Positions 11,052-23,000 of a stretch of DNA of 64,000 nt are shown here, piece by piece. The stretch comes from a virus, in IMG/VR virus record IMGVR_UViG_3300032116_000144. One strand, 5' to 3'. Positions within the stretch are counted from its first letter, which is position 1, and the number at the start of each line of letters is the position of its first letter. The position numbers and the translations under genes were made by a program. The notes beneath the pieces were generated by a model. The model was not told the DNA's origin, did no database searches, and saw only the letters and a list, made by a program, of their open reading frames with translations.

Positions 11052-14000
11052 ATGAGCAATATTAATCCTTTTCTCAGTTCTGGTAAAGAAACTGAAGAAT
11101 TTAATCCATTTCGTTATAAGGCAGATATTAATCCTAGATCACCTATAGGTGGTTTAAGAATGACTTCTGATTCTCGTTTTTTACAAGGATTAACAACTGA
11201 TTCTAATCCTAATGATGTAAAAGCAGCTAATCAAGGATTTTGGAGTGAATTAGGTAATAGTTTAGTTAATTTTGGTGGAGAAGTTGTATTAGGAGCAGTA
11301 GAAGGTGCAGGATATTTAAATCCACTTCAACTTATTACTACTGCTTTTGATTCTGAGAAACAGTTTGGTAATGTTATATCAGAGTGGGCAGCAAAAAAGA
11401 ATGAAGAACTCCAACAAGATATGTTTCCTGTATATAATAATACAGAGACAGCAGATGTAAGTGAGTGGTTTTTTGAAAATTTTTCTTCTATTGGTAGTGC
11501 AATTTCATTAATGATTCCTGCAATGGCTGGAACTAAAGCTTTAGGTGCAACAGCTAGAGCAATGAGAGGACATAAATTGTTAAAAGCTATTGGAGTTGCA
11601 GAAGGAAGTCCAGTTTTTAATACAGCTACTGCGGGCTTAGAAACCATTACAATGGCTGGTATGTCACGTCATGCTGAAAACATGATGGAGGCAACAGAAA
11701 CATACAATACTATTCTTGAAGAAGCTAAACAAAAAGGATTTAGTGATGATTTAGCAAAACAAGCAGCAAAAGAAGCTGCTAAATCTGTTTATAATAAAAA
11801 TTGGACACTGATTATGAATGATCTTGTTCAATTTGGTATGATTAACAAAGGTTGGTCTACTTATTCTAGAAAAGGGAAGGAGTTGGCTTTATCTAATGCT
11901 AATAAATCTACTGCAAAATCTATTCTTACTCAAATGGGTATTGAAGGAGCAGAAGAAGGTTATCAGTTTATTACAGCTGAAGAACAAGCAAGAGAAGTTG
12001 CTCAAAAATATGGTATTCGTGAAAAAGATTATTTATCTTATCCTGAAAGATTAGCTAAATATGCAACTGATGAAAACTTTTTAACTTCTGTTTTCTTTGG
12101 TGCATTAGGTGGTGGTGTATTTGAAGTAGCTGGTACAGCTATTAATAATAAATTTGCAAAACAACAACAAATAGCTAATGAATTACGTGATACAGAATAT
12201 CAAAAACAATTAGCTGTATTTGAAGGAGATAAAAAGAAATTTTTAAAAATTGAACAGGAAGAATCTTATAGATTTATCTTTGAATTATTAGAACAAGGAA
12301 GAGCAGATCATGCAGAATCTTTGTTTCAAATGATGGTTGATACTAAACCAGCTGATGACATTTCGCAAGAAGAAGCAAAAGAAATTAATGCTAAAGGACA
12401 ATGGGGATTAGAACAATTAAAAGGGTTTGAATCTTACTTTAATACCGTTAGAAAAAATAATACTGGAGAAACAATGAGATTTTTACTTGCAAATAAAGCA
12501 GGTAGAAATATTAAACGTGCTTCTTTAGATTTAAGACAACAAGAGGTTAATAAAGAATTAGGCAGACTAACAGAAGATTTTAAATTAACTTCTGATCTTA
12601 CTAAAGTATTAGAACTTAGTAAAGACATTGAATCGCTGGAAGCTTTAAAACCAGAAGATTTAGGTATTGATAAAGAAATTAAAGATAATCTACTTAAAGA
12701 AAAGAAAGATAGTTATGCTTTATTTTTAGAAACTGTTAAAACGAATCAAAGTTTAACAGAAGATCAAGTTAAAGAAAAGTTAAATCAGGTAGATACTTCT
12801 CTTTTAACACAAAATACATTCTTAAAAAGTGTTGAAGAACTACAACTTGCACAACTGAATAAAGACGCAACACTGGCTAGTAATCCTGCAAAAATTCAGG
12901 ATAAAGTTAATACTTTACGGGAAGAAACTCAAAATAAAGAATTACTTACATTAACTAAAAAGATTAATAAAAATACTACTGAAGAAGAGCTAGTTCAATT
13001 AAAAGAAGCAGCTAAAATTATTAATAAAGATAAAGAATTTAAAGAAGCTTTAGCTGTTAAAGTTAAAGAAATACAAGCTACAGCTTCAAAGATTGATGAA
13101 GTAAATTTAGAGGCTTCATTAAAAACACGCTGGACGGATAACTCTCTTTTAAAAGCTAAAGAAGTACAAGAAATTACTAACTTGGCTATACTAAATGGTG
13201 GTATTCCTGAAAATACTGTTGTTGATGAAAAGTATATAGCAGAACGGTATAATAGTGATCCTGTATTTAAAACTAAGCTTAATAATTACTTTAAGCAATC
13301 TAATTCTGTTGTAAGTGTTACTAAAATAGATCTTAAAAAAGAACCGACTAACTCTGATGGTGTAGATGTTAATATTAAAACAAAAGAAACAACTACACAA
13401 CAGAATACAGTTGGCTACCCTACTAACCCGTGGAAAACAGCTAGTCTTGAGTTTAAATATGAGAATGGTTCATTTACAGAAACAGAAAACGGACTAGTTT
13501 TAAATACTTCTTCGTTAAGTCAAAAGATAAATTGGGGAGCGTTAAATAGAGGAGAAATCCCCGTTGGTTCTACTTTATATTATGAATATGATTTTAACGA
13601 TTCTTTTAATAAAGGTACCATTAAAGGATTTGAAAAAATAGATGCAAATAATGCTCAAATAGAAATTGTTTATTATAAAGATAATAATAAAACAGAGACT
13701 AACAGAGTTATTCTAGGTGCTGTTCCTATATGGACTGAAACTAAAAATTTTGGTAGTAAAGATAATTCAAATAATCTTAAAGCTTTTAAAGAAAAGTTGT
13801 GGAGTGAGGTTTTAAATACTACTAATAAGATTGGTCGTATTACTCTTACACCAACTACTAAATTAAAAAGTTATGAATCTGGTCCTATTCATAACTTACG
13901 TCAAGATAGTAAGCCATTAGAACAAAATCCTTTAGATATTATAGGAAATAATAAATTGGTACTTGCTATTGGTCGTCAAAAAACCAATGGTCAAGCTTAT

Positions 14001-17000
14001 CTTGATTTTGGTGACGTTAATCATCCTTATGTTAATAAGGTAACTGCACAAAAAAATGTAGAAAAAGGTGCTGTTTATATGATGATACCTGATAAATCAG
14101 GTAATATACTACCAATTAAGATATTTAATAAAACTCTTAATACTTTTCCTGATTTACTTGCAGAAGTAAGATCAATGGCTCTTTCATTTAAAGAAATTAC
14201 AGATGCCACACAAAGAAGAGAAGCAGTTGATAGAATTTCTGATATTGTTTCTATTAGTGATTTATATTATAGTCCTAACACTCAGTCTTATAATTTAGTT
14301 CTAACTGATAATAAAACTAAGACTATTAAAACTTTTACAGAGGAAAATGCTGTTGAAGTTCTAGGTCAACTCCGTGTTCAAATTGATGTAAATAAAATTA
14401 ATAGAACAGTGAATGGCGAAGCTTACAATAGTACTGTTTCTAAAAACGGATATATTGTAACAGATTTACATCCAGATTATTTTCACTCTACTAGAGTAAT
14501 TGTTGAACCTTACATTCCTGAAGTTGTTAAAGATGCTCCTATTTCAGAAGCTAAAACAACAGTTGAACATTCTAATATTGCAGGATTAAACGAAAAATTT
14601 TCTTTAAATGATGTAGATTTTGGAATTACGTCTATTGATTTAGGAGATATTGGGAAGTTTAAAGAAGCTACAGATGGAGATAATTATACTCCTTTAAATG
14701 AAGGAGAAATTCGTGCTTGGTTTGAAAAGAATTTACCACAAGTTCCAGTAGAAATTATTCCTCATTTAATTGAGATTAAGAAAAACGGTGGATATGCTTG
14801 GGGTATGTTTAAAGATGCGGCAATTATTTTATATAACGCAGCACCTAATAAAATAGCTTATCACGAAGCATTTCACGCTGTATTTAATCTATTTTTATCA
14901 CCAAAAGAAAGAGAAGCTATTTTAAATGAAGCTTCTATAAGATATGGTATTCCTAGAAGTTTTGATTCTGTAGATACTATTGCAAGATATAATGCTGTTG
15001 ATTTTCAACTAAAATCAGTTAATATTCTTTCATCTGATAAAGCTATTGAATGGTTTAAAAAGAGAGATAAAGGACAATGGAAAGGAGAACAATTTTGGCA
15101 AAAATTACAACAAGATTTACAAATACCTAAAGAACAAATAGAGTTACTTAAATCTTTAAGTGTAGAAAATCCTTATAATAGAGAAGAAATACTTACTTCT
15201 TTATTAGCTAATTATAGTTATACTGTTGAGATTAATACTGCGTTTGGTCCAGAAGCTCAAAAACAATTAGATGATGGAGGAGAAGGATTTATTTCAAATG
15301 GTGTAACTTATATAGTTGAGCAAGGGTATAATCGTCCTGAATATTTAAAAATAATAAATGGTGAACCTGTAAGTATTACAATAGAAGAATTTGAGCAAGC
15401 TAAAAAAGATTCTATTGTAAAAGAACCTACTAATATTTACGGTAAGGGTGGAATTAATTTAGTAGCTTCTCGTAATAATCCTAGAGAAGCAGAAATGTAT
15501 AGATCTGAGGATGGTTGGGTATATCAGGAATTAAAAATTAATACCCCTTTGATTACACCTTCTATAAAAGCCCACGCTTCTTTTGCTGATGATAATACTA
15601 TTGGTTGGATAAGATTGTATTACAATACAATTACTAAAGTTGTAGAAATACAAGAAATACAATCTGATTTGTTTCAGAAAGGTAGGGATAAGAAAAGTTT
15701 AGCTTTACAAGAATTACTAGACGTTGATTTTTCTAGCGATACTCCTAAAGAAATTTATTCAGGAGAACAAGAAAATCAATTTCTCCAACTTCTGAATAAA
15801 GACAACAACTGGGTTACATTCTTTATTAAATCTATTATTCAAGATAGTGCTAAGAAAGGTTATGAAAAGGTATTATTCCCTTCAGGTAATACAGCTAGTA
15901 AAGTTGAAGGTCACACTACTTTAGAAGAGTTTAAAAAGCAGAAAGAAGATAGGATTAAAGTTCTCGAACAAGAATTTTTTGATTACACTATTGAACAAGA
16001 TACAGATGGTAGATTTTATGTTGTAAATAATGTAGGTGAAAAAGGTGTTAGTTATAGTAAAAGAGAAAGAGCAGAAGAATTTATTGACAAAATTAAAAAA
16101 GATAGAGTTAAAACTCGTGAAGAAATAAACCAACTTAAACAAGAACTTGAAAGAGTAGAAAAAGAAGGGTTTGGTGCTTTAAAACCTATTTATAATTTCT
16201 ATGAGAATACTGTAGCTAATATTCTTAAAAAACAAGGATATAATCCTGTATTAATTACTGATGAATATGGTAATACTTGGCAGGAAATTACTTTAACTGA
16301 ACAACAAAAACAAGAAATAATTAGACTATCTTCTTTAGACAAATCTGTTTATAATACTAATGATTTAAAATTAGAAGAAAAACTAGCAGATGAGTTTATG
16401 GAGTATGTCCAAGAGGACGGTGCTAATGCAGATTCTTTATCTTACAATATACGACAGTTTTTTAGAAAATTATGGACTGCAATTAAATCAGTATTTAACA
16501 AAGTAGATATTGATACATTAATGTATCGAATTAATACTGGTTATTATAAAGATAAGCAACTTCCTGTTAAAAACACATCTCCCAAATATAAAGTTATAGA
16601 AGATCCTATTGTAGCTAGAAAGCGCGTAGCTATGATTAATTATCAGTTTTTTAAAGCTTTAGATAATTATAGAGCAAAAAATCCTAATTTTGAAGGATTA
16701 TCTGATACTAAACTTATTGAAAAAATTGGTAAGAACGATTATAAATTAGGTTTAATTACAGTATATGGCTCTATTCTAAATGGTCTTCGCCAAGCAGAAT
16801 TTAAATTACCTAATACTGACCCTAGAAAAGCTAAATTACAAAATCTGATTAATCAGTTTTTTGTAGAGAATCAAGATAAAGAAATTAGTGATGTTGATGG
16901 ATATTTTGGAAAAGCATTAGCTGATCTTAGACGCTATGGATTAAAGTATACACCAGAAGGTGAGACTAATGAACAAGTATTAGAAGATATAAATAATACT

Positions 17001-20000
17001 AGTTTTGAAGAGCTGTATGAAGAAGAGAATTTTGATACTATTCATGATAAAAGTAGATTAACAGAAAATCCTAAAGATAACTTTTCATATGATGTTCGTA
17101 AGTTTTTACGTAAACTAGAAAAATATAGTATTGTTAATGGAGAATTTGTTAAAGGAACCAGTGAAACTAATGATGATTTAGGATTTACTAGTTTTGCAAA
17201 TTACGATGAAATTGTAAATTTCTTATTTAATAATTTAGCTGATGTTAATACAACAAATGAAATGATCGCAAAACTTCAGGAGTTACAATATAAACGTCCT
17301 GAATTAAGAGATGTTGTTGTTAAGGCTTTAGCAGATGAACAGTTTAAAACTAAATTATTTGTTGCTTTTAACAAAGCGTATACTCCATTTTTAAAAGTAA
17401 TTCGTAATATTAAAGAACTAGAATTTGGTAATGAAATTAGCATGAGAGTATTTAATGCTAATAGAAAAAATATAAAACAGTTAATTATTGACGAATGGAA
17501 TACAAATTTAAAAAATTCAGCAGGCAATAATATAACTAAAAATGGTGAAATTGATACGGTAAAAGCAAAACAATATTTTGATGAGTATCAGAAAATAGTA
17601 GAAGCTATTAGAAAATCACGTAATATTACACAAGAACAAGCTAATCAACTTAGCACACTATTAGAAAATTTTGGCATCACTATCTCTCCTAAAGTATTTA
17701 TAAATGAGTTTATAGAAAGACCCACTTATTATAGTACTGAAGGACTTACAGCTGTTGAAAATTTATATAATTTTATAGGCGGACCTCGTTCTTTAACTAC
17801 TATTTTAACTTCTATTACAGCAAGTATTAATCCTTATGAAGGAGACACAGCCGAATCATCTTCTCTTATAAGCGTATCTACAACTGTTGCTTCAAATAGT
17901 CTTCAATTACATTTAGATTCTGTAATTAACATTGAAGGTGAACAAGTATATAGTTACGCACTTCCTACTTTCTTATCTAATTTAATTACTGATTTAAAGA
18001 AAAATAATAATAGAAAACAATTACTAGAAAACTGGTGGTTTAAATCTAATGCTTTTTTAAATGATTTAGATAAAGAAGAAAATTATGAATTAAGAGAGAA
18101 TTTTAGTCTAGCTATTCTTAATGGAATTAATTTATTTGACACTAATAAAGGTACGGCATTTAGTAAAATGACAGAAAAAGATTTAGCAATATCAGATATT
18201 GCTTTGTTTAATTCTGGAAAATTTGCATATTACAGAGTACCAATTCTTTCTGATAGTCCTACTTCACCTACTATTAGATTTAAAAAATATACTAAGCAAG
18301 AAATAGTAGATAACTTATATCAAGTAGCTTTAGCAGAAAAAGAAAGAATTGAAAAAGTAGATACTTATAAAGAATTAGGTATTAAACATTGGGAAACTAG
18401 AGGTAAAGAATATCAGTTTTTAACTATCTTTAACGATCCTAATATAGATATTAATAATATAAAAGCTGCTAAAGAAGCTATTACTAATTGGTTAAATGAA
18501 GAATTTAAAATAGAACTAGATCGTTTAACTACATTAGAAGTAATAAAAGGAGATCAAACTTCGTTTTTTGTAACTAGTAATGGTAATTTAGTAGATAATT
18601 TAAAAGATTATTTTTATAATAAAGTTCACGCTAATGTTAATATTATTCAATTAACATCTATTGATCTATCTTTCTATAAAGATTCTATTACATTTCAAAA
18701 ACGTAATGGTCAAATTTATAAATTAACAGATAGACTAGATACTACTGCTGTTTGGAAAGATGGTACTGGTGTTGGACAATATTATAAAAGTATTTATTTA
18801 AAAGATGTTAAAGAAGATACAGAACTATTTAAAAATGTAAATGTTACAGATGCTCAATCATTTATTCGTTTAAATAGATATAAAAACATAATGATTGGTA
18901 TTGGTAAATGGACAGATCAACACGAATCTACTTATCAAAAAGCACAGAAAGGAGCATGGAGTACAGGATTTTCTAATTTTCTACCATCTTCTATAAAGCC
19001 TTTTGCATTTACACACGAAAATATAGATGGTACTGATATAATTATACCAGTACAGCATAAAAACAGCCAAGCATTACTTACGCCAGCTATGGCTAAAGAA
19101 AATCCAGTATTAAAAAAATTACTGGATTACATGGATGCTAATAATATTGATGAAATTCAATTTGCAGACTCTGCTGTTAAAGTAGGAGAATACGGTGCAG
19201 TAACAGTAGAAGAATTTTTAAAAGGTGCAAAACCAGTTATTCACATCTTAAATAATAAGGATTATGGTATTCAGCAAAGAGTACCAGCTAAACATTTAGA
19301 TATTGAAGTATTACTTGGAACTCAGTTTAAGAAATTAGCTTTATCTGAAATTCCTGATAATATTGAAATTATGGGTATGAATAAACAAGAATTATTCAAA
19401 ACCTATCAAAAACTATTAACAGATAATATTATAGAATCTTATAATACTCTATCTGGTGAATTTCAGACCATTGAAAGTGTTCAAAAATTGCTATTAGAAC
19501 AAGTTAGAGATCGTGGTCTAAGTGAGTCTTATGCCGAAGCTTTAAAAATTGTAATTGATCAAGAAGGTAATAAAATATTTAATATTCCTCTATTTGATCC
19601 TATTCATGGTAGAAGAACACAAAATATTTTAAATGCTGTTATTCGTAATAATGTTACAAAACAAAAAATTGCTGGTGCTTCTCTTACTTTGGTTTCTAGT
19701 TGGGGATTAGATAAGAAATTAAAAATAGTAAAAAATAAAGAAGGTGGAGTAGAGTATATGGAAGTAATGCTTCCTGCTTATACTCGTAAGTTTTTTGAAT
19801 TAAAAGATAAGAAAGGTGAAGTAGATATTGAACAGCTTCAAAAAGAATCTCCAGAAGTATTAGAATTAATAGGCTATCGTATTCCCACAGAAGGATGGTA
19901 CTCTATTAAAAAAATGAAAATTGTAGGATTTACTCCCGATATTATGGGTAGTGTTGCTTTACTACCTTATGATATTACTACTATTGCTGGTGAAGACTTC

Positions 20001-23000
20001 GATATTGATAAAATTTACACTATTCTTCCTACTCTAGAAGAAGTAAATTGGAAGTTAAGAAAAGTAAAATATAATTTAGATAAACCTGAAACTTTATCTA
20101 AAGTTCAGAGAGATAATGCATTATTAGATATTATAAACAGTATATATTCTCATCCTGATATGTCGAGTAAAGTATTAACTCCAGGTGGATTTGATACTTT
20201 AAAAACTCTACATAATGAAATAAGAGATTCTTATGGAGCGTTGATACGTCAAGATAATATTATATTACCAAGAACAGAAAGTAAATATTTTGATATCAAT
20301 AGTAATGGTGGGAATTTAATTGGTCTTGCTGCTAATCACAATAGTAGTCATGCTCTTACTCAATATTCTAAACTTGGTTTAACACAATCAATTAGTTTTG
20401 ACGGAGAAAGAAGATCTTCTTTACATACTACGGAAACAACAGAGCAAGGAAGATCAGTAGGTCAAAACTTAGCAGAATTTTTAGGTGCGTTTGTAGATAC
20501 AGCAAAAGACCCCGTAGCAACTGGTTTAAATCTTAACTTATTTACTTTTGATAGTGTTGCTTTAATTATACGTGCTGGATTTAGTTTAAAAACAGCGATG
20601 TATTTTATTAATCAATCTATCTTAAAAAATCTAGTTAATCAATATAATAATCAAAATAAGTCAGAAGCAAAAGTTGATAAGATTGTAACAGATTTACGGC
20701 AACAACTTACAAAAATTATTGGAGATTATCCTAAATCTAAAATGTATGATTTAAGTACAAAAGAATTAGGAAAATCTTTTGTGAGTCTTGCTAATATTCC
20801 TGATCCTACTGCAAAACGTAAAGCAGCACTATTACAAGCTAAAGTTTTAGAAACTTTCTTAGAATTAAGAAAAACAGGCAAACAATTATCTGCTTTAATT
20901 AAAGCTTCAAAAGCAGATACTAATGGTGTAGGTAAAACTCTTGCAGAAAATACTCATTTTTTAGAAAGTGTTGGTAATGTAAGTAAACTAAAATCTTTAA
21001 CTGGAATTGATTCAGTTTTAAATATTCCTTTAATTGATATATCTATTGAATACGGTGTTAAAAAACCACAAGAGGAGATACTATCTAGATATTTTCCTTA
21101 TAATGGAAAACTATTTAAGACATTAGTTAATGTTTTAGAAAATAATAAAGGTCAAGAATTAACAGCAGATGAAATAAATTATGTATTTAATAACTTTATT
21201 CATTTTTATATAAGTGATTTTAGTTTCTTTGATGAGACTAAAAAATTATATTATATAAATGAATACCCTGCTAAATTTGTAGCATTAAAGAAAAAATATC
21301 CTGAATTAGAATTGATTAAATATCTTGCTGTTAAAAGTAAGAGTTCGTTTAATAACCTACAAAGAATTGAGTTTACTTCTGCTGCTACTATTAGTAATGA
21401 GCAGATAGAGCGATTACAAGATGCTTGGGAATCTATGTTAGGTTCTGATAATGTAGAGATTAAAGGAATGGCCAATGATTTATTAAACTATGCTTTTTTT
21501 ACTACATATTTAGGATTTAAATATACTGGATTTTCTCATCTAACTCCTATTAATTTCTTAGAAAACCTAAGAAATAAAGAGGATGTTTCTTATCGAGATT
21601 TTGTATATAGATTACAAAATGAAAAAGATAGTACGCATTTAATTGCAAATTATTTAGATCAAATATATAGACATAAAAGTACTTATAATACTTTACTTCA
21701 AACTTTGAAAAAAGAAGATGTAACTGTAACAAAAAAGAATAAAGGTGGTTTTGTTACTAGTATGAAATTTGACGAAGCTAAAAGTAGAAGTTTAGGTATT
21801 TATGATGAAGAAGGGAAAGTAATACGTAATCGGTTTTTATACGAAAATAGTAACGGTATCACCTATACTTTTAAATATAGTGGAACTACTAAAAATAATG
21901 AAACTGTATTTAATATTCAGGAAAATCTAGGATATGAAAACCATATTGTAGAGTTTGATAAATTAAATCCTGCTGAAACAAATATACCTTCTAACAAAAT
22001 CAAATCTATTAATGCTGACAGCTACTTCGATGTAGATTATGATTATACAACTTTATATTCTTTAGAAAATTCTCAACAAAACGTTAAGAAAGCAGATGAA
22101 AATCTTAATAATATATTAAAAACATTTGCTAGTTCTTTAGGAATTAAAGTAGAAGCACACGAAAATCTTAAATCTAGATTAGGTATAGATGCTGCTGGTG
22201 CTGCGGATATTTACAATAAACTTATTCTTATTTCACAAAATAAAGAAAATGTAAATACTCTTCCTGAAGAAATTGGACACTTTGCAGAAGCATTTACTAG
22301 AGGAACATCTTTTCACGATAGTTTAATGGGTTTAGTTCAAAATACTGCCGAGTATAAAGAAGTAGTAAATGAATATGGAGAGATTTATGCTGGAGATATA
22401 ACTACTTTAAAAAGAGAAACGATTGGTAAACTTATAGGAAAAGCTATTGTTAAGCGGTATAATGAAACTAGAAAAAACACTAATAACGTAGTACTTCAAT
22501 TCTTAGAAGCTTTATGGAACAGATTTATTGGTATTTTTAGAAAAGTAGATATAGCTGATTTTAATAAAGAAGTAAATAGTATTACAGAATATATTGCAGA
22601 ACAAATATTAGCTGGTAATACCAATATATTTACTAACAGAAATATTAAAATTGGAGAGGTATTTTATAAGTTAAGTTCTGAAAAAGACATTAACGATAAT
22701 ATAGAAACTCTTAAACTTGGTATTGATTCTATTTTTAAGAAATTATCTTTATATGAAAGAAAAGCTGGTAGTACCTACTTACAAAGAGAAAAAGACATTT
22801 TTGACAAATTAATAAAAGATCTTAATAAAGAGAAATATGAGTTAGGTTTATTAAGATATTTAGCTAATGCACGAATTGAATTGGATACAGTTGCAAAACG
22901 ATATAATCAAATCGGTGAAATTATTAAAAATGGAATACCTGAAACTTTAGAAGAAAAAAGAGAATTAATTAATACTCTTCGTTCTGCACAAAATTATGTT

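Noticed and set aside
11327-21732. Minus-strand ORFs of 60-106 aa inside the giant gene (11327..11647, 12434..12628, 13191..13400, 15921..16142, 17276..17527, 21251..21475, 21550..21732)
   Set aside because: All are embedded antisense to a continuous, strongly biased coding frame. Compositions are low-complexity (F/L/I/S-rich), typical of antisense readthrough in AT-rich DNA.
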